Positions 55,768 through 64,000 of a stretch of 64,000 nt of DNA are shown here, one piece after another. Made by a program: the position numbers and the translations under genes. Every line of letters begins with the position of its first letter. Position 1 is the first letter of the stretch. This stretch comes from an uncultured Methanosarcinales archaeon (GTDB lineage: Archaea; Nanobdellota; Nanobdellia; Woesearchaeales; JABIAG01). Location: assembly GCA_964544335.1 (NCBI GenBank), contig CAZJAJ010000004.1:67689-131688 (forward strand), written 5' to 3'. Under the pieces are notes generated by a model that was given only the letters and a program-made list of their open reading frames with translations, made no database searches and was not told the origin of the DNA.

Positions 55768-56736
55768 GTGTTAAAAAAACTAACTCAACGAGCCCTGCCG
55801 TATGTTGCGGGATTAGGATTTCTTTTAACGAGTAGCGCGTATGCACAAGATACTTCTTCTGATGCAGTCATTGCAAGAGTTGTTGTTCCAAAACCACTTA
55901 TTGTTGAACCACCAAAAGAAGGAAGGCCAGATCGGCTCACGAGTAGGCTTCTTGGAGCAAATTTAGATGGTGTTGAAGCAAGTCCCTTATATGATATTAT
56001 GCATGAACAACTGGATGAGCATGAATTAGTCAATTATAGAATTTCACCTGATTATAATTCCCTTACTTTTGATTTACCTATTGTAGGTAGAGTTGCTTCT
56101 GTTCCTATTGATGAATTAAATCACAAAATGGAAGAGAGCATGAAAGGTATGCGAATGGGGGACAATTATAATGATGGATGGAGTAATCCTGTTCGAGATG
56201 AAATCAGAGAAGAGTATCAAAATGATTTAGAAGGCATTGGTAAGGATGTACTTTCTGACTGGGGGAAGGAATTCAAACCTATGGCCATGAATATTTTAGA
56301 AGAAAGTTCTTTCTTTAATGCACTTAGTCTTGGTAATCGAGGTTTTTTTGCGAATAAATTTAAAGTGCATGGGACTGAAAAAGATGAAGAGAAAGGGTAT
56401 GGACGTAGTTCCTCATCTAACTATGAAATTGATAGATTTAGTACGGGTTTTTCTGTTGGTGGAAGCATTGGTAATCCCTCAGTTGGTGTGAAAGTTCGCA
56501 CCTCATATTTATTTGAAGTAAATCTTGATGGAGAATATGAGTTAAAAGATGGACTAAAAACTGAAGCCATCGTACCTCTTTATCGGGGTCGTACACGAGA
56601 AGGTACTATTGATCTTAGTGTGTATGGTTCATATGAAGAAGAAGATGGTTCTTCTGCAGGTATTCGTCTAGATGCTCCTCTTGCACCCATTACTGAGCGG
56701 ATTGGTCGCATTTTTACGCGTAAGAAAGGTAAATGA
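55768..56736 (+). CDS. putative secreted protein
   Basis: Signal peptide ending AYA-Q; beta-strand-like C-terminal half. Confidence 0.6.
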   Translation: MLKKLTQRALPYVAGLGFLLTSSAYAQDTSSDAVIARVVVPKPLIVEPPKEGRPDRLTSRLLGANLDGVEASPLYDIMHEQLDEHELVNYRISPDYNSLTFDLPIVGRVASVPIDELNHKMEESMKGMRMGDNYNDGWSNPVRDEIREEYQNDLEGIGKDVLSDWGKEFKPMAMNILEESSFFNALSLGNRGFFANKFKVHGTEKDEEKGYGRSSSSNYEIDRFSTGFSVGGSIGNPSVGVKVRTSYLFEVNLDGEYELKDGLKTEAIVPLYRGRTREGTIDLSVYGSYEEEDGSSAGIRLDAPLAPITERIGRIFTRKKGK

Positions 56737-56788
56737 GGTGATTGTTTGCACCACTGATTTTTATGTAGTGTAATGAATTCTTGGGGTT

Positions 56789-58237
56789 ATGGTAAATGAT
56801 AGAGCACTTGGTTTACATCCAGATCATGTTGGATTTTTAGTTGGACATAATTTTTACTCTCCTTCACATGCAGCTGAAGGATTTATTGGAGCAACCCCTG
56901 CCAACAATTTACGTGGTGTTGTTGGTCTTGAAGAAAGACTACATGGCGTTGTTGAGAGGATTTTAGATGATGATAAGAGAGCAGAGGAAACACCTGTGCT
57001 TTCTTATTTAGTTAGAAAAATAGATGAACAAGGTGAACGTTTTGATTTAAATGCTATTCGTGCATTGGTAAAGAAAGCATATGGTACGAGTAAACTTATT
57101 GATCAAGAAGCAGTGACTGTTGATCGAATTCCTAAAGAGAGTATGCGTGGTCAGTTTGTTGGCACGGTGAAGACTCGACGAAGTAAGTTTGATCGTACTC
57201 ATCAAGATCATACCATGAGCGTGTATGATGTGTTAGTTGATGATGCTAGTGATGGTCAGTACATTTCTTTTGCAGGTGGAACTGAACATGCACAAACACA
57301 TTTGAGACGTGGTTCACATTGGTCACGAGGTATTTCACATGAATCTGACTTTATTGACTTGTTAAGAAGGAATGGGAATACGACATATGATGAGGGCATT
57401 CATGTTGTTGATTATGCAAGTAGTGCATTTTTAACCTATTTACATCAAATGCAGAGCGTTGGACTTCTTGGAAGCAAAGGCGATATTTCTGATGATGCTT
57501 TTGTGTTTATGCCATTTGATTTTAGTAAACGAGATGATCTTGCTTTTGAAGTACTTGCTATGCGGTATGCTTCTGTAAAAGATATTAAGGGATCTGGTTC
57601 ATCTCTTAGTGGTAAGGCGACTCTTATTGATGTTGATCGGCACATGATGGGCAAGAGAGGATTTGTGCAACCTTTTATGAAAGAGTTGTATGCGTCTGGT
57701 GGGGCTACACGAAGTGTACTTCCCAAAGGCAAACGTCTTGATAATCATACGTGGGCCATTATGCAAGCATGGGAAGAGCATGCGTTTGGTGAAGGAAGAG
57801 ACTTTAGAGGGTATTCGCTTGAATTTCCTGGATGCGAGTATGAAACGACATCAATTGTATTTGATTTTCATAATGGGAAGCATGATGTGAGTATGCGGCT
57901 ACTTGTTGATGATCACTTTGGTCTTCCTATGGTGATGTACAAAAGTTTTGTTCGAGATGAGTATTATGGTACATGGAGACATAGTGAGAAGGATCCTGCT
58001 AATCGTGTCAATATATCAGATGACTTACGTACACGTGATTGGGTATATCGACATCATGAAGATGTTGATTGGCATTCTGGAAGAGAAAATGTGAGTAGTA
58101 TCTTTCAACCAACTGATGCAATTCTTGAGCGTGCGAGTGAACTTACGCGTGCTGGAGGTAAACGTGGCGTTAGTGCAGGAGAATTTAGAAAACGATATGT
58201 GAATAATTATTTTAGAATAAAGAATAAAGTAAAATGA
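56789..58237 (+). CDS. hypothetical protein
   Basis: 482-aa ORF with host-like codon pattern; no family recognised. Confidence 0.65.
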   Translation: MVNDRALGLHPDHVGFLVGHNFYSPSHAAEGFIGATPANNLRGVVGLEERLHGVVERILDDDKRAEETPVLSYLVRKIDEQGERFDLNAIRALVKKAYGTSKLIDQEAVTVDRIPKESMRGQFVGTVKTRRSKFDRTHQDHTMSVYDVLVDDASDGQYISFAGGTEHAQTHLRRGSHWSRGISHESDFIDLLRRNGNTTYDEGIHVVDYASSAFLTYLHQMQSVGLLGSKGDISDDAFVFMPFDFSKRDDLAFEVLAMRYASVKDIKGSGSSLSGKATLIDVDRHMMGKRGFVQPFMKELYASGGATRSVLPKGKRLDNHTWAIMQAWEEHAFGEGRDFRGYSLEFPGCEYETTSIVFDFHNGKHDVSMRLLVDDHFGLPMVMYKSFVRDEYYGTWRHSEKDPANRVNISDDLRTRDWVYRHHEDVDWHSGRENVSSIFQPTDAILERASELTRAGGKRGVSAGEFRKRYVNNYFRIKNKVK

Positions 58238-58245
58238 AGAAAAAA

Positions 58246-58719
58246 TTAGTGGTGGCAACCGCAATCGTCACCGCATGCTTCTTTTTCTTCAACTTTTTCA
58301 CCAACTTCTACAAGTTTTAGTTTAAAGTTGAGTACTTTTCCTGCAAGTGGAGGATTCATGTCGATAGTTGCTTCATCGTTTTCCACTTTGGTGATTTTTG
58401 CTGGAATGTGATGGCCGTTTGGCATACCCACTGCTAGGGTGTCACCTTCTTTTGCTCCTTCAGGAAGTTTGTCTGCTGGAACTTTTTGGATAAATTGATC
58501 GTTTGGCATTCCGTATGCTTCGTCTGGTTGTAGGGTGATTTCTTTTTCTTGTCCTACTTGCATTTCACAGATTGCTTTGTCAAATCCAGGAACTACTTGA
58601 CCGATTCCTGCTACAAATTCTAATGGTTGACCGTGTTTTTCAGAACTGTCAAATACGGTTCCATCTTCTAGTGTGCCTGTGTATTCTACTTTTACTTTGT
58701 GACCTTTTACTTCTGTCAT
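58246..58719 (-). CDS. slyD: FKBP-type peptidyl-prolyl isomerase (SlyD-like)
   Basis: VEYTGTLEDGTVFDSS, PDEAYG, DMNPPLAGKVLNF; Cys/His tail. Confidence 0.92.
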   Translation of the reverse strand: MTEVKGHKVKVEYTGTLEDGTVFDSSEKHGQPLEFVAGIGQVVPGFDKAICEMQVGQEKEITLQPDEAYGMPNDQFIQKVPADKLPEGAKEGDTLAVGMPNGHHIPAKITKVENDEATIDMNPPLAGKVLNFKLKLVEVGEKVEEKEACGDDCGCHH

Positions 58720-58763
58720 TGTAGTAGACTTATTATGGGGGCGTTTATAAAGGTATGTTATAA

Positions 58764-59336
58764 TTAAAGACGTATTCTGCTTCGTGGCATGGATTGAAAT
58801 GTCATTAAGTCTTCATGTGTGACGTGTCCCATGCCTTTTAGTAATTTGAGAAATTTGTGCATGACTTCTACGGTTGCTTTGGTATCTGACATTGCTCTGT
58901 GTGCTTGATTGTTGTCTATGTTAAAGACTTCGCAGAGTGCGCCTAGTTTTTTACTGTAGAGATCTGGCAGGAGTCTGTTTGCAAGCATGCGTGTGCAGAG
59001 TTTATTGTTATTTAGTGAGTGGCCGATTAGCGATGCGTTGTGATGAAGAAATTTAAAATCAAATGATGCGTTGTGTGCAACAAAGGTGTCATCTCCAAGA
59101 AATGCTAAGAATTCTGGCATGGCTTCTTCGATGGTTGGATGTCCTTGCACCAGATCGTTATCTATGCCCGTGAGTCTTGTGATGAAGCGTGGAATATCTA
59201 CTTGTGGGTCAACAAGTGTTTGAAATTCATCGATGATGTTTTCTCCATCGGTTCGTACTGCTGCGATTTCTGTTATCTTATGTCTGTCAGGAGAGAGTCC
59301 GGTTGTTTCAATATCTACGACGACAAAATGTGGCAT
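58764..59336 (-). CDS. DnaQ-like DEDDh 3'-5' exonuclease
   Basis: VVDIETTG, VAHNASFD, HRAMSD. Confidence 0.92.
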   Translation of the reverse strand: MPHFVVVDIETTGLSPDRHKITEIAAVRTDGENIIDEFQTLVDPQVDIPRFITRLTGIDNDLVQGHPTIEEAMPEFLAFLGDDTFVAHNASFDFKFLHHNASLIGHSLNNNKLCTRMLANRLLPDLYSKKLGALCEVFNIDNNQAHRAMSDTKATVEVMHKFLKLLKGMGHVTHEDLMTFQSMPRSRIRL

Positions 59337-59377
59337 TCTCTTTTGCCAAATTTCTGATATTTAAGTATTTATTACAA

Positions 59378-60913
59378 CTACAGCATAGTTGCAAGTACGA
59401 GTCCAAGTATTCCTGCAAGAAGTGCGTAGCCAAGTGAGATCCAGATGGTGTGACGTATGATGGTTCCTTCTTGACCATTGAGTTTTACAGTTGCTTGTGC
59501 TGCAAGGACGTTGTGAATGGCAATCATATTTCCTATTGCTCCACCTACTGCTTGGAGTGCTATGATCATTATTGTTGGAAATTGTATTCCTTGGGCAACG
59601 GTTACTTGTAAGTTTGTGAAGAGCAGATTTGATACTGTGTTTGATCCGGTGATGAATGCTCCTAGTGCTCCGATAAATGGTGCTGCAATGGGATAGAATT
59701 GTCCAAGAACGGATAATGATGCACCAATGGTTGCAGGAATTGAAGCGATGCCACCTTTTGCTGAGAGAAGAAGGAGTTGTACGAGTCCTAGTGTAAAGAT
59801 GAGGGCAAGTGCTGGTTTGATGAGTGTTTTGAGGGATTGTGTTGCCGTTGTAGCGTAGTTTTTTGTAGATTGTTTGTGTATGAGCAATGTTATAATTGCA
59901 ACGAGTATGAGAAAGAATGATGGACTAAAGAGCGGATAAAATGCGTGCGTAATGTCGTTTGCTCCAATGGTTATGACTGCTTGTTTTAACAGTGTTCCTA
60001 ATTGTGGAAGAATTCTTGAAAGTGTGAGTAATACGACTAGTATAATGTAGGGTGTGAATGCAAGTACCGTTTGTTTTGTGGTTGTGTTCTTTTTTGCGAT
60101 TTTTTTACAAGAGACGATGTGTTTTGGAACGCAGATGTTATGTTTTTCTGCAAGTGATACGATAATGATTCCCACAAGACCTGCAACCAGTGATGGTAAT
60201 TCGGGTCCTATGAAATGTGCAGTGAGGTAGTATGGGATGGAAAAGCTTGCTCCTGCAAGCAGTGCGAGTGGAATTGCGTCTTTGTATGATCCTTTTTTGA
60301 GGAACTTATCGGTTAGGAGAATGAGCACCAGAGGGATGAAGAACCCAATGATTGCGTGAATAAGTGCACTTGTTGTTGTGATTTGCGATAGTGATGTAAT
60401 TCCTTGTGATCCAAGACCGATGTTTATTGGTGTTCCAACGGCACCAAAGGTTACGGGTGTTGAGTTTGCAACCAGTGCAAGAATGACTGCTTGAATAGGT
60501 TTGAATCCAATTGCTACAAGCAGTGGTGCTACGATTGCTGCTGGTGTTCCAAATCCTGCTGCACCTTCAATGATTGCTCCAAAGAACCATGCAACGATGA
60601 TAACTTGTACTCTTGTGTCTTTTGAAATTTTCGTAAGCGTTGTTTGAATGGTGGTTATAGCGCCTGTTACTTTCATTGTTTCTAAGAGCCAAATTGCACC
60701 AAAGATTATGAGTGCTATTTCAAGTGTGATGGCAACTCCTTTTAGGAGTGCAAGTGATAATACTATTGGTGTGATGTTCCAGAAGAAGAACAGTAAGATG
60801 TTGGTGAGCACCCACACTATTGGCATAGTAATTATTGCAGGGATGCGTTTAATGACCATGAGGTAAATGAGAAGAATAAAAGGTAGAAGTGAGAGAATAA
60901 GGAGTGTGTTCAT
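59378..60913 (-). CDS. lctP: L-lactate permease
   Basis: [36 protein letters not shown]. Confidence 0.9.
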   Translation of the reverse strand: MNTLLILSLLPFILLIYLMVIKRIPAIITMPIVWVLTNILLFFFWNITPIVLSLALLKGVAITLEIALIIFGAIWLLETMKVTGAITTIQTTLTKISKDTRVQVIIVAWFFGAIIEGAAGFGTPAAIVAPLLVAIGFKPIQAVILALVANSTPVTFGAVGTPINIGLGSQGITSLSQITTTSALIHAIIGFFIPLVLILLTDKFLKKGSYKDAIPLALLAGASFSIPYYLTAHFIGPELPSLVAGLVGIIIVSLAEKHNICVPKHIVSCKKIAKKNTTTKQTVLAFTPYIILVVLLTLSRILPQLGTLLKQAVITIGANDITHAFYPLFSPSFFLILVAIITLLIHKQSTKNYATTATQSLKTLIKPALALIFTLGLVQLLLLSAKGGIASIPATIGASLSVLGQFYPIAAPFIGALGAFITGSNTVSNLLFTNLQVTVAQGIQFPTIMIIALQAVGGAIGNMIAIHNVLAAQATVKLNGQEGTIIRHTIWISLGYALLAGILGLVLATML

Positions 60914-62400
60914 TTTAGCGTTACCGCATCACCTTTGAGTAATTCTTTTCTTGCAAACTGAAGTTTTTCTTTGTTATCTGCATGTATGGTGAGAATAGTT
61001 TGACCTTTTTTGAGCATATCGCCTTCGTGTACATGTAAATAGATGCCTGCCCCTTGATCGTGTGGCGCTCCTGCAACTTTTGCTACTTTTGCAATTGCTT
61101 TATTGTTGAGGTCTTTTACTTTTCCTTCTTTTGATGCTTTGTAGGTGTAGGTGTATTTTCCTACTTTGATGTCAGATGATTTTATGCTTGATTTTCCACC
61201 TTGTGCTTTTATGATTTCTTTGAATTTTTTAAGAGCTCTTCCATCATCAAGGATTTCTTGTGCTAGACGCTTTCCGTTGTTTGTTATCTTTGCCATTTCA
61301 AGCATCTTTCCTGCCATTTCAACGGATTTCTTTTCTAAGTCTAGTGGGCGAGTATCAGATCGTTGGAGTACTTTTAGGACATCTTTTGCTTCAAGAGCTG
61401 GACCAATTCCATTTCCAATTGGTTCATTGCCATCTGTGATGATTACTTCAAGGTGCATCCCTATTTTTTTACCGATGCGTTTAAAGAGTGTTGCGAGATG
61501 TTTTGCTCGTTTTGCACTGGTTATTTTTGTTTGATTTCCAATTGGAATGTCAATGAGTACGTGTGTTGAACCTACACTTCCTTTTTTTGCAAGAATGCTT
61601 GCAAGCAATTGTCCTTCTGCATCAATAGAGAGTGGTGATTCTACTTGTATTATTTTATCATCTGCTGGTGCAAGATTGATTGCTCCGCCCCACACGATGC
61701 ATCCACCGTTCTTATGTACCATTTTTTGCATTTTCTCTTTGTTGTGTATTACTGGTGCTATTACTTCCATGGTATCTGCAGTTCCTGCAGGTGATGTGAT
61801 TGCTCTGGAGGATGTTTTAGGTATTTTGAGTCCTGCTGCTGCAATAATTGGTACAATAATTGGTGTTGTTCTATTTCCTGCAACGCCACCGGTGCAGTGT
61901 TTGTCAAGTACTATTTCACCTGGGAAGATGAGTGTGTCTCCGGTGTTGATCATTGCTTTTGTGAGGTTGACGGTCTCTTCTTCGTTAAGTCCGTGCACTG
62001 CTGAACCTGCAACAAAATACGTGATTTCAACAGGGCTGAGTTTGCCATATACTAGATCAGTAATGATTTCATTGATTTCTTCTTTTTTGAGTCTTCTTCC
62101 TTCGAGTTTTTCTCTAATATATCTGATAGAATCGGGTTTTTTTTCTAAGTGAATTTTTACGGTGCTTCCGTTTTTACATCCCAAATATTTGAGCACTTCT
62201 TCAAATAAGCCAAGTGATCCCACTTTGACACTTTTTTCTGTGTCTGTGATGTTCATGATGGCATGAGCGTGTCGTTTTTTGTAGACTATTCCGATACGAT
62301 CACCATGGTGCAGTCCTAATTTGAATGCGTCTTTTGCGTGCATGATTACTACTAAGATGCCACCTGATGCAATGTCTACGTCTTTTACTTTGAAATTCAT
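60910..62400 (-). CDS. deoA: AMP phosphorylase
   Basis: [47 protein letters not shown]. Confidence 0.95.
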   Translation of the reverse strand: MNFKVKDVDIASGGILVVIMHAKDAFKLGLHHGDRIGIVYKKRHAHAIMNITDTEKSVKVGSLGLFEEVLKYLGCKNGSTVKIHLEKKPDSIRYIREKLEGRRLKKEEINEIITDLVYGKLSPVEITYFVAGSAVHGLNEEETVNLTKAMINTGDTLIFPGEIVLDKHCTGGVAGNRTTPIIVPIIAAAGLKIPKTSSRAITSPAGTADTMEVIAPVIHNKEKMQKMVHKNGGCIVWGGAINLAPADDKIIQVESPLSIDAEGQLLASILAKKGSVGSTHVLIDIPIGNQTKITSAKRAKHLATLFKRIGKKIGMHLEVIITDGNEPIGNGIGPALEAKDVLKVLQRSDTRPLDLEKKSVEMAGKMLEMAKITNNGKRLAQEILDDGRALKKFKEIIKAQGGKSSIKSSDIKVGKYTYTYKASKEGKVKDLNNKAIAKVAKVAGAPHDQGAGIYLHVHEGDMLKKGQTILTIHADNKEKLQFARKELLKGDAVTLK

Positions 62401-63482
62401 ACTGCGTTCTCCTCATACATGCTAAATAAGGTCATGCATAGTGCTAAAATAATTGGTCCAATGAAGATTCCCATGAATCCAAAGACAAAGAGTCCTCCAA
62501 AAATACCTAAGTACATAATTAATGGTGGGACGTGTGCTTTTTTTCCTGCAAGTAGTGGTCTTGCAAGATTGTCAACGTTTGAGATTACCACTATTCCATA
62601 AATTGCAAGCGTTACTCCGCCCCAGAACATGTTTGTTGTTTCTGTTGCAAGACCAATTGCTATGAAGTAGAATGACATAGGTGCCCATACAAATCCTGCC
62701 CCGATGAGTGGAAGCAGAGAGAGTATTGCAAGCAGAACTGACCAGAGAATTGGTGCTGTGATGAGTGGTTCTGCTCCTGAAAATATGAAATTGAGTATCC
62801 AAAAGCCAACGAGTGCAAAGATACCTTGTACTATTCCTGCACCCACATATCCATACACGATGGATTTTGATAATGTGATAAATCGTGTGAAGATTCTTTC
62901 ACTATTCTTTTTATTGAGTGGAGTTAATTTTCTTATTCCATCTACAATGTGATCACCATCTCTTAGGAAATAAAAGAGTGAGATGAGCAAAATGATGATT
63001 GACATGAATAATCGTGGTAGACTTACTAAGAACGAGCTTGTTTCTGCAACGACTGCTTCTTGTACTTTTTCTGCAGAATCACTGATGTAGAATGCGTATC
63101 TTGGGCTTGAAATGATTTCTTGTACTTCTCCTATGAGTCCGCAGTTTGTTTGATTGTGGCCACAATCACTTTGTCCGAGTTTGAAGAGTGCTTGTTTTAC
63201 TTCAATTACCGCAACAGTGCTTTCTTCTGCTGCTTTGTTGAGAAGAAAACCTGCCGGTACAAGAATGATAGTGAATACGATGAGCAGTGTTAAAAGTGCG
63301 GCTATGGTTTCTGTTCCTGTTTTTTTTCTTAACCATTCGTTGAGTGGTGAGAAAACAAATGCGAGAATAATTGCTGCGATAATTGGTTTTGCAATCGGTG
63401 AGAGCACATAGAGTGCTAGGAGTACGAATATTGCAAACAGTAGATAAAAGAACACCTTTTGGTGTTTTATTTTCCTCTTCAT
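62397..63482 (-). CDS. AI-2E family transporter
   Basis: YFLRDG, LPLIGA, VDNLARP, GIFIGP; start taken at MKRKIK (63482). Confidence 0.88.
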   Translation of the reverse strand: MKRKIKHQKVFFYLLFAIFVLLALYVLSPIAKPIIAAIILAFVFSPLNEWLRKKTGTETIAALLTLLIVFTIILVPAGFLLNKAAEESTVAVIEVKQALFKLGQSDCGHNQTNCGLIGEVQEIISSPRYAFYISDSAEKVQEAVVAETSSFLVSLPRLFMSIIILLISLFYFLRDGDHIVDGIRKLTPLNKKNSERIFTRFITLSKSIVYGYVGAGIVQGIFALVGFWILNFIFSGAEPLITAPILWSVLLAILSLLPLIGAGFVWAPMSFYFIAIGLATETTNMFWGGVTLAIYGIVVISNVDNLARPLLAGKKAHVPPLIMYLGIFGGLFVFGFMGIFIGPIILALCMTLFSMYEENAV

Positions 63483-63509
63483 GATACCTCTTTTTTGATG
63501 ATGGATGTG

Positions 63510-63670
63510 CAAATGGACACGGCCGGAGTTATAACGAAAATATTCATTTTCGAACAACATCCGTTGGTCATTTGTTTTACAAATGGACACGGCCGGAGTT
63601 GTAACACCACTTGTCGTGATGGGACAACTCAGTCCTACCATTTGCTGTGCAAATGGACACGGCCGGAGTT
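63510..63670 (-). repeat. three 21-bp copies of the tRNA-Val 3' end at exact 70-bp period
   Basis: caaatggacacggccggagtt at 63510-63530, 63580-63600, 63650-63670; 49-bp spacers. Confidence 0.95.
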
Positions 63671-63726
63671 GCACCGGCGATCTTCGCCAAGTCAAGGCGA
63701 TGTCATAGCTACTAGACCACGCGTCC
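63654..63726 (-). tRNA. tRNA-Val(GAC), with atypical loop residues; CCA not encoded
   Basis: GGACGCG/CGTGTCC, GTC/GAC D stem, TCGCC-TT-GAC-TT-GGCGA, GCCGG-TGCAACT-CCGGC, A73; 73 nt. Confidence 0.85.
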
Positions 63727-63892
63727 GATGTGTTTTATGGACGTGAAATCGTTTAAAAATCTTTCGAGCTATGTGTTTTACCTTGTGTAATCGTCTACCC
63801 CACCTCTATTTTTTAGGTGTAGGTGGTATTTAAATGTTGCCACGATACACTTGGTAGCAAAGCTTTATATCCTACCAACTATACTTCTGAGT

Positions 63893-64000
63893 ATGGAACG
63901 TATTCAGAAGATCCTTGCAAATGCTGGTTTTTGTTCACGCCGAAAGGCAGAAGGGCTTATTGCTGCTGGTAAAGTTATTGTAAATAACGAAGTTGCCAAG
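63893..64000 (+). CDS. RsuA/RluB-family rRNA pseudouridine synthase, N-terminal S4 domain (truncated by window edge)
   Basis: MERIQKILANAGFCSRRKAEGLIAAGKVIVN. Confidence 0.8.
   Translation, partial: MERIQKILANAGFCSRRKAEGLIAAGKVIVNNEVAK

Noticed and set aside
4143-63411. Numerous short antisense or nested ORFs in the track (e.g. 4448-4840, 20406-20951, 32552-32920, 61547-62152)
   Set aside because: Shadows of long, well-supported genes on the other strand or frame
63510-63670. CRISPR array
   Set aside because: Repeat is the tRNA-Val 3' end, only three copies, spacers are 49 nt and share end motifs, and no cas genes are in the window
63483-63746. N-terminal extension of the AI-2E ORF and the + strand ORF 63459-63746
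   Set aside because: Both run through tRNA-Val and its repeats; not protein-like

Overview
AT-rich archaeal chromosome segment, most consistent with a DPANN lineage (Woesearchaeales/Pacearchaeales-like; inference from gene content). It carries archaeal informational genes (rps6e, eIF2-gamma, rpoL, cbf5, rpl31e, rpl39e, rps19e, ileS, tfb) mixed with bacterial-type genes (mutS-mutL, zwf, glk, single-chain transketolase, dnaQ-like exonuclease, lactate permease, RluB-like fragment), a MoxR/VWA operon, AMP phosphorylase, five recognisable tRNA genes and one interrupted tRNA-Ser-like gene. Three things stand out. (1) At 46.3-52.3 kb, a RiPP-like locus: PqqD/RRE, a precursor with a lasso-type leader and a mucin-like (TTSP)x7 core, a GT4, an HPr-kinase-like enzyme, a nucleotidyltransferase, an S24/S26 peptidase and a GT31-sulfotransferase fusion, with no lasso cyclase in the window. 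(2) Short (49-54 nt) hairpin-rich inserts and tRNA-end duplications at tRNA loci, mostly with junctions in the T-loop, one forming a strict BHB intron at 59/60. (3) A secreted protein whose C-terminal domain resembles the metazoan spongin short-chain collagen / collagen IV NC1 domain. All calls are by eye, without database searches.
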